Source: a virus (lineage: Duplodnaviria > Caudoviricetes). From it: 64,000 bases of DNA. The DNA is taken from positions 64,001-128,000 of the IMG/VR virus record IMGVR_UViG_3300012983_000033, one strand, 5' to 3'. Below the pieces are notes generated by a model. It had not been told where the DNA came from. It saw only the letters and a list, made by a program, of their open reading frames with translations, and did not search any database. Of the stretch, positions 20,133-30,335 are shown one piece after another (position 1 is the stretch's first letter; each line of letters starts with the position of its first letter). The position numbers and the translations under genes are program-made.

Positions 20133-20856
20133 ATTTTATTTCAGTACAGTCGTCATAAATTTCAATAATATCATCATATATAAACCGCACATTTTCATTA
20201 TATAAAGTTAAATTTAAATCGTGATGATAGTGACCAGTAATCCACATTTTAAAGTCTATATTATAAAATAAATCTTCAAGAAGTTCACCTGAAGGAGTGG
20301 CTTCAAAAGTATGGAATACCTGTTTTACTACGGTATTTGGAAGGGAATGAGAGATGATATAGTCGATACTATTGCCGACAGTAGCAAGATTGCGATTTGC
20401 ATTTTCAATATCAGAAGGAAGAATTGTTTCCTGCGGCCACCAGCTCACATTCTCTGTACGCCATTCTTTGTCGTGGCTATCTGCTCCGCCCATACAAAGG
20501 ATTTTTAAGTCATCAAATTTCAAAATTTCACCACGAAGAATATGGTATACAGAATCAGAAATTTGATGTGCTTTTGCACCACAAAATTCTGTGATAGGAT
20601 ATGCATTAAGGCGAAGATGATTTTCGTGATTCCCGTCAATAAAAACTGTTGTCCACGGCGCAACTTCATCAAGCCATTTTAAATACCATTTTTCTTCACC
20701 GTCAGGCTCATTTGACCAAATAAAGCCAAAGTCACCTGCAATAATCAGTATATCGGACTTGTTAAACGCATTTTTAAACTTTCTGCGAAAGTCTACGAGT
20801 TTATCAAAGTCAATAGTACCGTGAGTATCGCCAGTAACTAATATCTTACTCATCAT
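20113..20856 (-). CDS. Calcineurin-like metallophosphoesterase
   Basis: GDTHG, AGDFG, DGNHEN, SHS, GHYH motifs. Confidence 0.9.
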   Translation of the reverse strand: MMSKILVTGDTHGTIDFDKLVDFRRKFKNAFNKSDILIIAGDFGFIWSNEPDGEEKWYLKWLDEVAPWTTVFIDGNHENHLRLNAYPITEFCGAKAHQISDSVYHILRGEILKFDDLKILCMGGADSHDKEWRTENVSWWPQETILPSDIENANRNLATVGNSIDYIISHSLPNTVVKQVFHTFEATPSGELLEDLFYNIDFKMWITGHYHHDLNLTLYNENVRFIYDDIIEIYDDCTEIKFVGCRG

Positions 20857-22015
20857 CTTCCACCTCCATTTCTTTTTTTATTCGTTCTTTTATTCTTAAC
20901 ATAATAGTTTTTTCTGTTAAATTATTCATATAATCATTTATATTATTTTCTCTATGGTCATAAGCCCATATTGAAAAATTAAAACCGTCTTTTGTTAAGC
21001 CTGCTGAATTAAGAGCATATACATAATTTTTTCTTGGCATCCAGCAAAGATGACGTACTTCACAGAATTGCTCCCAAAAGTGGTCTTTGATATCTTCGTA
21101 TGCCGCGATGATAAGTTCCATTTTTGCTCTATGCATTGGTGCATAAGCAAGGAAGTCATCGACTTTATCCTCACGAATAAGACGGACAGCTGTTCTCAAA
21201 CCAAGTTTACCATTATTTGTAGCGTGCGCGGCGATGAGATATTCTGGTGATTTGATTTTAATGCGGTTATGATTCGCATCGACAACAACCATACCCTCTT
21301 CGTCTTTTGTCATTTGTTCTGCGACATCAATACAATCTTCAAGAGAAGATAAATAAAATCTCTTTGGTTGCTCAACTCCAAATTCCCTCCATACAGGATC
21401 GAACTCATAATACTCTCCATAGAGAATATTATCTCTTTGACCAAGATAATAGAGAGTTGTGTGGTCATAATGGATTGTTACTTGGCTTTCTGGTGAAACC
21501 AATTCAAACATATAGGTGTAATGTTCGTCAAGTTCACGACAGAAAGAAAGCCAATTACAACCAAGAGCACGCTCAACTAAATTACCAAAAGTCAATCCTT
21601 CTATTGAGTTTGACACAGGCGCCTCGAAAGCGTCAATAGAGTTATTAGTTGATAAATGCCAACCTTCGTAGTTGTGCCAGAACTTGATAAGCGAACCGTC
21701 AATTTTTTCATTAACAAATGCACTACACCAATCAATTTCTGCGGCGTTTGGATCTCCATAGTTAAAGAACTTATCGAAAGGATAACAAACAATACTCCAC
21801 TGACCGCTTAATCCTTTTTGCACAATTATGCCACGACACGCCTGACATAAAGGTAAAGACATATCAGATTCAAGCTGATTATACTTGAAAAGGTAATAGT
21901 TACCTTTCTGACGAACTTCAATATTATAAGGCGGTTCCTGTATTAACTTAACCCATTCGTCATTAGGATGCTCATTGGCAAAGTCAATAAAAGCATCAAT
22001 TATTCTTTTCTTCAT
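20846..22015 (-). CDS. RNA ligase (T4 Rnl1-like)
   Basis: CRG, PFDKFFN, EKIDGSL, FELVSP, EGMVV, RIKIKS..Y motifs. Confidence 0.88.
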   Translation of the reverse strand: MKKRIIDAFIDFANEHPNDEWVKLIQEPPYNIEVRQKGNYYLFKYNQLESDMSLPLCQACRGIIVQKGLSGQWSIVCYPFDKFFNYGDPNAAEIDWCSAFVNEKIDGSLIKFWHNYEGWHLSTNNSIDAFEAPVSNSIEGLTFGNLVERALGCNWLSFCRELDEHYTYMFELVSPESQVTIHYDHTTLYYLGQRDNILYGEYYEFDPVWREFGVEQPKRFYLSSLEDCIDVAEQMTKDEEGMVVVDANHNRIKIKSPEYLIAAHATNNGKLGLRTAVRLIREDKVDDFLAYAPMHRAKMELIIAAYEDIKDHFWEQFCEVRHLCWMPRKNYVYALNSAGLTKDGFNFSIWAYDHRENNINDYMNNLTEKTIMLRIKERIKKEMEVEDDE

Positions 22016-22073
22016 AGTTTATTCTCCTTTCTCAATTTCTTTTATTATATCAAAATTTTAAGATAAAATCAAA

Positions 22074-23004
22074 TTAATGCGCCGCCATATCGCATTTATG
22101 AATAATATCAAGTTCCGCGCCCAGTCCTGTTTTCTTATAAAACTTCTCAAGATTTTCGGGTGAACGGAAGAAATGCTCCATATGGAACTGAATAAGATTT
22201 GCAACGATAAGACGCTTATAATTTCTTACTTCATTAAAGTAAATTTCAGGATGTGTCATAAGATAGATATAAGCAGAATAATTCTGATGACCATAGTAGT
22301 GGGCTTCTTTTGTGGGTTCGCCTTTTGAGTTTGTGAATACTTTTGTAAAAGGCTTTCCAATATCGTGATAGCGAATTGCTTCAGTAAGTAATTCAATATC
22401 AACATCATGTCCACAACTATAATTTACTCCAAGATGAAGCAAAGCCATATCTATATGATCGCTCACTGTTTCAGTTGAATGATTATGATTATCATTTTTT
22501 ATTTTATCACAAAGTTCAATATATTTTTCAGTTTTTTCTTCAAGACAAGTATTATCCCAAAGAATAAGGATATTATCCCAACCTTCGTATTCAAAAGGAC
22601 ACTGGAAACTACGAAGTTGTTTTTCAATTACTTCATTAGGGACTTTACGCTCTCTATTTTTCATTCTTTCTTTTATAACTTGCGGCGGTGTGATAATTAC
22701 TATGCATTCTTTTTCGCAGTTAATATGCTGAATCTGTTTTAAGAAGCCTTCACGACGACGAGCTGATAAGTTGGTTGCATCGAACACAACCCATTCACCA
22801 TCTAATAAGCCTTTTTTTATGCGGCGGTGTGCTTCCTGAAAAACTTTCTGCGGGTCTTTCTGCTCATTTTCATCGCCCCAAAGTTCACCACGAATAGCAT
22901 CAGTAGACACAATAATAGCACCCATTTGTGCTAAATCTTTTGCTAAAGTTGATTTACCACAACCAGCGCTAAGATACACCAACCATCATAGTTAGTGTGC
23001 TCAT
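22074..23004 (-). CDS. Polynucleotide kinase (AAA_33) fused to HD domain; 5' end carries a 7-nt frame disruption
   Basis: GCGKST, STD.IR, FDATNL..RR, HDIGK, D..AH motifs; ATG 23004 MSTLTMMVGV is out of frame with AGCGKS. Confidence 0.75.
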
Positions 23005-23005
23005 T

Positions 23006-23950
23006 TTACATCACCTCTTCTTTCATAATATACTTACTGCTATCTAACAGCAAGTCTTCAATTTCTAATGTTTGTAACTTTGTATATGGAATTCTGATTA
23101 ATGGTATCTTGTTTTCTCTACACCACTCATTTTTTATGGAATCTCGCCTTTGATTTTCTTTAAGGCTTTCAATACCTCCATTGTCAAACTAACGTGTGGA
23201 CTCAAAATGCTAAATTCCATCAAATTCAATTAAATAATCAATTGTATTGTTCTTTAAAATTGCAAAGTCAAAAGCATAGAATTTACCACTTTCACTTTTT
23301 AAGTTTTCAAAAGTTGCTTGTCTGCAAAAACTGATATTAAATTCGGATAGTAACTTTGCTATGATTGCTTCTCCCTTTGAATTCATACAACCACAAGAAG
23401 CAACCTTACCACGTTTTAAATCAGAAGTAGATACTATATGTTTTCCACCACAATCGCATTCGCAAAACCAATATCGAATTCCCTTAGGACGAAGAAAAGT
23501 CTCTTCTTTAGTAGCCCTTCGTATTACGGTTAATTTAGTAAATTTTTGTCCTATTAAATCTTCATTATGCTCTTCATTCCATTTTTCTATGGTTGCACTT
23601 GCTCTATCTAAATTATAACATCCACAAGATTTAGTATTACCAGACTTCAAACTTTTTGTTGTTACTGAAATAATATTTCCGCAATCGCACTAACAAAGCC
23701 ATCTAATTCCATTCTTATCTTTTTTAGTTAAATCTCTTTTTAATACGACAAGTCTACCAAACCGCATATTCTTTTCTATTCCAGATTTAGAACAAGGGCA
23801 CTATCCGCCGTTTTTCTTTTCTGGAACTATATTTGCAGTTTTATAAGTTCGTTCCAATCCACATTTTTGACATCTTGCCTACCAAGTGCCTTTACCTATA
23901 TAATCTTCAATAAGATAATCTCCATATTGAAGTCCCTTAAAATTTTTCAT
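23006..23950 (-). CDS. Homing-endonuclease-like protein (C.CDCG repeats plus C-terminal Vsr/DUF559-like nuclease), 5 in-frame TAG
   Basis: WLC(TAG)CDCGN, WFCECDCGG, SKGE, FDF, IEFDGI(TAG)H, LIRIPY motifs; ends TAA. Confidence 0.85.
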
Positions 23951-24040
23951 TTTACTCACCTCTACTTGTAAGTAAAAAACTCAATCATAGAATCCACGTT
24001 TTTAGGAATAAGTCTTGCGACACCGACCAACATTGTAAAT

Positions 24041-24439
24041 TTATTCAAGTAACTCACCTCCACAACTTTCTATAATTTCATTTAATTCATCTTTTATAGA
24101 TTCAAGCAAAGCTTTCGGAGTATGCCAACCTCTTCTATTTTTATACTCCCACATATATAAACCAAGTTCTGAATCGAGGTCTATACCAGTTGTATCATAG
24201 TCTTCATACTGCATTGCGGCAAGGAAAATTTCAAGGGCGCCCCTTGATTTAAAAACAACAATCTCACAATCATCAAGATTTGAAGTAAGTCCGTTCTTAT
24301 CGACCATACGAAGTTCATCTGCCTTGCAGAATAAATCAAGCTCATAATTAAGAGCATCTTCGTAATCACCAAATTCCTTGCCGTCCGCGGTAATGTAAAC
24401 TGTCATTACTGATTTAACTTCTTTAACTGTTCTTTTCAT
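24041..24439 (-). CDS. Hypothetical protein
   Basis: YITADGKEF motif. Confidence 0.6.
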   Translation of the reverse strand: MKRTVKEVKSVMTVYITADGKEFGDYEDALNYELDLFCKADELRMVDKNGLTSNLDDCEIVVFKSRGALEIFLAAMQYEDYDTTGIDLDSELGLYMWEYKNRRGWHTPKALLESIKDELNEIIESCGGELLE

Positions 24440-24453
24440 ATCATAGGCTCCTT

Positions 24454-25029
24454 TTAAATATAATATTTTTCCCACAAATATAAAATTTCATCAAGTGATT
24501 GCGGTGCATAATCATATCCACGAATCATACAACCAACATTATACATACGACAAGGCTTATCATAAAGTACTTCCATTTCATACGCAACCTGACGCATCAT
24601 ATTCCATTCAAAACTCGTGTGAACGTGACCATAAAGATGAATTGCACCATAATAGTGACGATTAAAACAAGGAATAGGATAGTGACTCAATACAAGATAA
24701 TCATCACCATACTGAAGTTCCTTATAAGGAGTGATTTCTGCAAAAAGTTCACGAAACTCTTTATTCTTGAGATACTGTTTGTCGTGATTACCAATGCAAA
24801 GATTTTTCTTACCATTAAGACGCTTAAAGATTTCAATAGTCTTTGTAACATTGTGCCAACTTACATCACCAAGAATCCAAACCTCATCATCGGGTCCAAC
24901 TTTTTCATTCCACTGTTTAATAAGGTATTCATCGTGTTCTTCAATACTCTTAAATTCTCTATTGTCATAAGCAAGACAATTTTTATGACCAAAATGAAGG
25001 TCAGAAATAAAATACATCATATATATCAA
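24454..25029 (-). CDS. Metallophosphoesterase
   Basis: SDLHFGH, LGD, GNHD, HYP, HLYGHVH, NVG motifs. Confidence 0.9.
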   Translation of the reverse strand: MIYMMYFISDLHFGHKNCLAYDNREFKSIEEHDEYLIKQWNEKVGPDDEVWILGDVSWHNVTKTIEIFKRLNGKKNLCIGNHDKQYLKNKEFRELFAEITPYKELQYGDDYLVLSHYPIPCFNRHYYGAIHLYGHVHTSFEWNMMRQVAYEMEVLYDKPCRMYNVGCMIRGYDYAPQSLDEILYLWEKYYI

Positions 25030-25130
25030 ACTTCCTTTCTTAATTTCTATAATAATTATATCAAAAATTCACAAAAAAATCAAAAAATAAAAGCCTCTTT
25101 CTCAAGAGACTTCTATTCTTAAAGACTTAT

Positions 25131-25835
25131 TTAATTCCAATAAACATTATCATACTGGCTTTCCATTGCACAAGCAAATTGCATAGCCTCGTCGTGATTT
25201 AAGCCCGCATAGATATCAATAACATTACCTTTAACTGCGCCGCCCGTATCATCTGCTCGATAAACTTTTCCATTTATGACAACTTCAGTTCCCGATGGAA
25301 TAACACGAGGGTCTGTCGCAATTGAGTAGTATGGAATTAATGTTCTACCCGAAGCTCCCTTTACAATTACATTGCCGTTGGCATCAACAGGACGATTATA
25401 AGCATACTTCCCGCAGCACTTTGAACAAGCACAGTATACTGTAATTTTAAACCGACCAATAAGTTTAGATTGTGTAGTCGTTACGATTTTAGATGAAGTT
25501 TCAACCGTAGTTGGTTGAGTAGTAGTTGTAGTGGTGGATGTTGTAGTTTTTTTAGTTTGTAAAGTAGTAGTTGTCGTCGACGTTGCGGATGAAGTTGTTG
25601 TTGTTTCCGGTTCCGTTTTAACTTCTGTCGTACTACTTAACTCGGTTGTTGTCGTACAGTGACTCCAGCTGGTTGCCGTCTCGGATGGTTCAGTTTCTTC
25701 TTCTCCACCGACTGTAATAACTGTAATACCGCAAACTAAAAAAACAGTTACCAAAATCGTTAATATGTGTAATTTGTAATTGTAAACTTTTGTGTCCTTA
25801 AATTTCCTACAATATTCCTTTAATTTTTCTAACAT
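25131..25835 (-). CDS. Membrane-anchored 3D-domain protein with Thr-rich linker
   Basis: TM helix, poly-Thr tract, ITVYC, IATDPRVIP.G, ADDTGGAVKGNVIDIY motifs. Confidence 0.88.
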   Translation of the reverse strand: MLEKLKEYCRKFKDTKVYNYKLHILTILVTVFLVCGITVITVGGEEETEPSETATSWSHCTTTTELSSTTEVKTEPETTTTSSATSTTTTTLQTKKTTTSTTTTTTQPTTVETSSKIVTTTQSKLIGRFKITVYCACSKCCGKYAYNRPVDANGNVIVKGASGRTLIPYYSIATDPRVIPSGTEVVINGKVYRADDTGGAVKGNVIDIYAGLNHDEAMQFACAMESQYDNVYWN

Positions 25836-25963
25836 TTCTGTCCTCCCATTTCAATTAGAGAATCTTGGTGGGCGTTAAGATATGCTATTCCAATAATCAG
25901 TAGTAATTCAATTATCGCAAAAGCAATTATTTTCAACATATTCTATTTTTACCTTTCATCTTT

Positions 25964-26245
25964 TTAAATATTAAAAAATCCGTAATCTTGTTCTTTTAAT
26001 ATTGAATAATGAAAATCATCAGAGTCATCGTAAGGTTCGACGGCATAATGAATTTCACTATATACTGTATCCCACCAAGCATCCGAATATCTTTCGTCTT
26101 CATCGTGTTCAACATTACTGTTATAACTCTCCCAAGAATCGATAGCACTTTCTTCTGCAAACTCTACCGCGGCGTCGTAATCATCTGCCTCAACAGCAAG
26201 ATAATTCGTGCACTGTGTACAGCCAAATTGAACAATACATAACAT
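25964..26245 (-). CDS. Hypothetical acidic protein
   Basis: ORF with RBS. Confidence 0.6.
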   Translation of the reverse strand: MLCIVQFGCTQCTNYLAVEADDYDAAVEFAEESAIDSWESYNSNVEHDEDERYSDAWWDTVYSEIHYAVEPYDDSDDFHYSILKEQDYGFFNI

Positions 26246-26329
26246 AGTAAAACTCTCCTTTCTTTAACTCTTTTTTCTTGTATTAAAATCAAAAAGTGAG
26301 AGCACGATGACTCTCACTTCTTTTGACAA

Positions 26330-26851
26330 TTAATCGCAATCGCGGTCGCAATCGTCGCCATTATAAAGATTAAAAAGTCGTGAATAATATATAGCCTCAG
26401 GACCATCAATAAACTCTTTGATAAGTTTATTGAGTTTGCCTTTACCATAAAGGCGAGTAAGAACTGCCATTGCAAAACCTTTTTCAAAATCAAACACGTC
26501 GTGTTCGCTACATTTTACAAGTGTTTTCTCTCCGTCTTTCCACATAATGCAAGTTACTCCACCTTTTTCAGGATTAAAGTAAACATTCTTAGGCAGAATC
26601 CAATCAGGAAGTCCTCGTTCAACATAAGAAACAGGTTTTGCTTCTGTAATTTCTTTGTAATCACGAGAAGGATCGGGAGCTTTCTTGTTTACTTCTACTA
26701 CAATTACAGGATTACCATACTTGTAACCATTTGAAATAATGTCATAAGCAACATTTTTTTCAAAATTAAGGTTTGTTTTGTAGTAGTAAGTCTGACCGTG
26801 AGGTTCAAAAGGTTTTTCATAAGATGTGAATTTTACGCCAATGTACTTCAT
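26330..26851 (-). CDS. Hypothetical phage protein
   Basis: T...W.DG.KT.VKC...D.FD.EKG.AMA motif. Confidence 0.7.
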   Translation of the reverse strand: MKYIGVKFTSYEKPFEPHGQTYYYKTNLNFEKNVAYDIISNGYKYGNPVIVVEVNKKAPDPSRDYKEITEAKPVSYVERGLPDWILPKNVYFNPEKGGVTCIMWKDGEKTLVKCSEHDVFDFEKGFAMAVLTRLYGKGKLNKLIKEFIDGPEAIYYSRLFNLYNGDDCDRDCD

Positions 26852-26927
26852 AATAATTTCCTCAACTTTCTTTATTTATTATTTATTTTGTATATTTATT
26901 ATACCTAAAATTTATAAGAAAATCAAA

Positions 26928-27092
26928 TTAATAGGTTCTTTTTCCTTTTACATAAGCACTCTACCCACAATTTGGACATTTGGTTTTTCTTTTTCCAAAC
27001 CAATGAAAGGGCGTATGAGCAACCCATGTAAACCAATTTCGATATACTGCGACCGCGCCGCAATAAGGGCATTTTACTTTTAATCTTTTCAT
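26928..27092 (-). CDS. Small double Zn-ribbon protein (one in-frame TAG)
   Basis: MKRLKVKCPYCG...KCPNCG(TAG)SAYVKGKRTY-TAA. Confidence 0.55.
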
Positions 27093-27104
27093 ATTATTCA
27101 CCCT

Positions 27105-28007
27105 TTAATCCAAATAATCTGCGTAAGCACTCGCCGCAGAACGTTCACATTTCTCTAAATTTACATATGCATAGAGAGGTTTGCCTCGGAGACGTTCTAT
27201 CATTTTACCAATACCGCTATCTTTATCAAAAATAGCTTTATCAGTCTGTTTCCGGTCACCCGCAAGCCAAAGTTGTGAACCCTCACCAACGCGGCCGATT
27301 AAAAGTTGAATTTGTGCGGTTGTAAGGTTTTCAGCCTCATCACAGAAAATAATACAATTGCGGAGGTCACGACCTCTAATATAGCCGAGCGGTGCAATCT
27401 CAAATTTTCTATCTTGGATAAGCATTTTTAAACCGTCCATTCCACCAACGTGGTCGCCAACATTAGCCGCCCAGTTAATCATCTTTTCATCAAGAGTACC
27501 AGGGAGCGCGCCAAGTGGTGTAGTATCTTTAAGTTCGATATTATTACGAACATAAACGATTTTATCAAATTTATTTTTCTCAATGGCTGTTAAGGCGTGA
27601 GCAATCATAAGAACTGATTTACCACTACCAAAACGACCAGTAATCAATTTAATATGAGTATCAAGATCTTGAAGCATATCAAATGCAAATTCTTGTTGAG
27701 TGTTTCTTGGTGACATTTTACCAAGATGCTCACTATGAACACGATTATATTTAAGAGGAATTAACTCTCCATTTTTACAACGCATTTTATCAACAATCTC
27801 ATTATCGAGTTTAATGATAAGATATTCATTATCGCAAATAGCAATATTAGTATCTTTTTGACGAAGTTCTTTATTTAAAAATTCATTGTTAATAAAAGCA
27901 ACCTTATCTTCTGTTTGATAGAACTGCGCAAGCCTTTCTTCTCCTTTAAGACCATAAGATGTACTAAATCTAAGTTCAGTATAACCTTTTTTAACTTCAA
28001 TTACCAT
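27105..28007 (-). CDS. phoH: PhoH-family ATPase
   Basis: PRN.QQ, GRFGSGKS, GALPG, YIRGR, DEAENL, GD..QTD, ERS motifs. Confidence 0.88.
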   Translation of the reverse strand: MVIEVKKGYTELRFSTSYGLKGEERLAQFYQTEDKVAFINNEFLNKELRQKDTNIAICDNEYLIIKLDNEIVDKMRCKNGELIPLKYNRVHSEHLGKMSPRNTQQEFAFDMLQDLDTHIKLITGRFGSGKSVLMIAHALTAIEKNKFDKIVYVRNNIELKDTTPLGALPGTLDEKMINWAANVGDHVGGMDGLKMLIQDRKFEIAPLGYIRGRDLRNCIIFCDEAENLTTAQIQLLIGRVGEGSQLWLAGDRKQTDKAIFDKDSGIGKMIERLRGKPLYAYVNLEKCERSAASAYADYLD

Positions 28008-28641
28008 TCTTATAAGCCTCCCTTATTGTAAGAACATCGTTAAGATTTTTTACGACATAATCAGTAACCCCATATTTAAGAGCTTCTTCTTGTCGAATAT
28101 ACCATTCAGTAGCAATCTTTTCTTCGATTTCTTTTTCTGAATATTTGGTCTTTTCTTTAACAAGATTTACAATAAGTTCAATTGAATTTTGATAGTCCAT
28201 AATCTGTGCCAAGACTTGTTCGTAAGTTCCTTGATAACCACCACTGCCGCGATGAATAAGAAAACTTGAGCGTGGGAGCATAAAGCGTTTATGGCAAGAT
28301 AGGAATATAAAGCACGCAGCACTCGCGGCGATGCCCATATTTACACCATAGATAGGAGTATCGCTTCCTTCAATAATATCAATAAGAGAATTGCATACAT
28401 CCAAGTCGCCGCCGTATGAAAAAATCATTAAAATGATTGGTTTTCTTTTCTTCGGTTTCTTGGTGCGGTCTTCCATATTCCAACGAAGGATTTTCTTACC
28501 AATTTCAATGGTGTCACCTTCTATTGTGTTATCAAGCCATATAATTCTATCCTCATATTCTTGATATTGATTTAGGAGAAATGGGTCTGGAAGTGCCATA
28601 TTCTCTGCATTAGTTGGAAGATTAATTGTGATATTTTCCAT
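27997..28641 (-). CDS. clpP: ClpP-like protease
   Basis: RIIWL, SYGGD, AASAA (catalytic Ser), LIH, EAL.YG..D motifs. Confidence 0.8.
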   Translation of the reverse strand: MENITINLPTNAENMALPDPFLLNQYQEYEDRIIWLDNTIEGDTIEIGKKILRWNMEDRTKKPKKRKPIILMIFSYGGDLDVCNSLIDIIEGSDTPIYGVNMGIAASAACFIFLSCHKRFMLPRSSFLIHRGSGGYQGTYEQVLAQIMDYQNSIELIVNLVKEKTKYSEKEIEEKIATEWYIRQEEALKYGVTDYVVKNLNDVLTIREAYKNGN

Positions 28642-28816
28642 AAATTGATCTCCTTTACTCCTTCTCATAGATTTTAGTCGAGACTAATAGAAAGAAGAAG
28701 ATTTTGCTATATATAAGTAGATTTATCACGTCTCGACTCTATGAAAAGAAGGTAGACAATAAAGCCTACCTTCCTTCCACGCAGGGGGTGATAACATGAA
28801 AAAAACGAACCGCTAT

Positions 28817-28890
28817 TGGCGGAGATAATAGGATTCGAACCTATACTAACGGAATCAAAATCCGTTGTGCTACCATTACACCATACCTCT
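28817..28890 (-). tRNA. tRNA-Gln(TTG)
   Basis: Cloverleaf, ACGGA-TT TTG AT-TCCGT, encoded CCA. Confidence 0.9.
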
Positions 28891-29029
28891 ATATATGACT
28901 ACTGAATTGGCAGCAGTCTTATATGTATATTTTTCTGCACTCTGTGCGTAAGTTGGAAACGGGCACTATATACAAACCTTTCAGAGTCTCCACATCCACT
29001 GACCAACGAAGCAGTATGTTTCATCGACT

Positions 29030-29104
29030 TGGCATAGGCAAAAGGATTTGAACCTCTATCTTACAGTTTTGGAGACTGTCGTGTTACCGTTACACCATAC
29101 CTAT
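29030..29104 (-). tRNA. tRNA-Trp(CCA)
   Basis: ACAGT-CT CCA AA-ACTGT. Confidence 0.9.
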
Positions 29105-29198
29105 ATATAATAACAAGATGTTTCCTAAATGACTTTTCAATTTTTATAGGCTTTCAGTTCCTTATAGTCGCGACCATCATTGACTACACCTTGTTATA

Positions 29199-29284
29199 TG
29201 GTACAGATAGTGGGACTTGAACCCACACGTCAAAATGACATTAGACCCTCAATCTAACGCGTCTGCCTATTCCGCCATATCTGC
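29199..29284 (-). tRNA. tRNA-Leu(GAG)
   Basis: TTAGA-TT GAG GG-TCTAA, long variable arm. Confidence 0.9.
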
Positions 29285-29432
29285 ATATAAAAGTCCTTCC
29301 ACCTTAAGCCCCAAGTACCACCTAAGGTTTCCAGACAGTTGTGGTTCTTTAAACTTGGAGCATACGGTACAGGGCGTACGCTCAACTACAAACTTGAATC
29401 ACGAAGTTTTCTTACCACTATGAGTAAAAGAC

Positions 29433-29509
29433 TGGTCTGAGTAGAGGGATTTGAACCCCCAGTCCCTTGAACCCAAATCAAGTGCTCTGCCAAATTGAGC
29501 CATACCCAG
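29433..29509 (-). tRNA. tRNA-Pro(TGG)
   Basis: CTTGA-TT TGG GT-TCAAG. Confidence 0.9.
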
Positions 29510-29602
29510 ATATCGAGTTTGCGCCGAACATCCTATTGGAACGCTTTCACCATAGACCTAACTCGCACTCATTCTTCATTATGATAGGGAGGCATAATAT
29601 AT

Positions 29603-29725
29603 AACGAATGCTTGGGGATTCGAACCCCATATCACTAATGCGGGACTTCTATTCAACCTTAATTGTCGGTAGAATTTAAGTTCATTAACCGTAGCGCTGT
29701 CTTACCTTTGTACAGACGACTCATT
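29603..29725 (-). ncRNA. tRNA-like element with ~55-nt expansion in place of anticodon loop
   Basis: D-arm-like GTCT..GGTAAGAC and perfect T-arm TGGGG-TTCGAAT-CCCCA; weak acceptor stem, no CCA. Confidence 0.4.
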
Positions 29726-29744
29726 GACTATACGAAGGGATGCA

Positions 29745-29820
29745 TGGTCACCCTACAGAGAATTGAACTCTGGTTTAGAGGATGAAAACCTCTTGTCCTA
29801 GGCCACTAGACGATAGGGTG
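29745..29820 (-). tRNA. tRNA-Glu(TTC)
   Basis: AGAGG-TT TTC AT-CCTCT. Confidence 0.9.
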
Positions 29821-29823
29821 ATG

Positions 29824-29897
29824 TGGTTGCAGTCGTAGGATTCGAACCTCGTCTCTTGGTTATGAGCCAAGTGAGCTACCTTTGCTCCACCACTGCG
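29824..29897 (-). tRNA. tRNA-Met(CAT), initiator-like C1:A72
   Basis: CTTGG-CT CAT AA-CCAAG. Confidence 0.8.
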
Positions 29898-29984
29898 ATA
29901 TATAGCCTTGAGGTCAGCCAACCACGCATCTTTTCCTTATTTATTAATCGCTTTTCAGAGCATTTGTTCATCTGGTCGCGATTT

Positions 29985-30062
29985 TGGTGCAAGTGGATGG
30001 ACTTGAACCATCGACGACTCGCGTATCAGACGAGCATTCTAAACCAACTGAATTACACTTGC
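29985..30062 (-). tRNA. tRNA-Ile(GAT)
   Basis: CTCGT-CT GAT AC-GCGAG. Confidence 0.9.
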
Positions 30063-30070
30063 ATATAAAA

Positions 30071-30146
30071 TGGTGGGACGCCTGAGACTCGAACTCAGAA
30101 TCTATCGGTTATGAGCCGAGTGCATTAACCATTATGCTAACGTCCC
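30071..30146 (-). tRNA. tRNA(CAT), Ile2 or Met
   Basis: TCGG-CT CAT AA-CCGA. Confidence 0.8.
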
Positions 30147-30218
30147 AAAAAACAAGAGGGAAGGCGCTCGAGACACCCGTGTGCTTGCGCCCCTCTTCAT
30201 TGCGAACATCACACTTTA

Positions 30219-30295
30219 TGGAGCAGTATACGGGACTCGAACCCGTACCCTCTGCTCGGAAGGCAGATATGCTATCCGTTAAACACCAATACTGC
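30219..30295 (-). tRNA. tRNA-Gly(TCC)
   Basis: TCTGC-CT TCC GA-GCAGA. Confidence 0.9.
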
Positions 30296-30335
30296 ATATG
30301 TGGGTTGAGTACTACTAAGCCCCCAACCAAGGCAA

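Noticed and set aside
25490-25680. Possible tandem repeat or CRISPR-like array
   Set aside because: Low-complexity Thr codons in the linker of the 3D-domain protein; no repeat-spacer periodicity seen anywhere in the window
44-28000. Plus-strand ORFs in the left arm (e.g. 24499..25122, 8991..9395, 11168..11566)
   Set aside because: Antisense shadows of well-supported minus-strand genes
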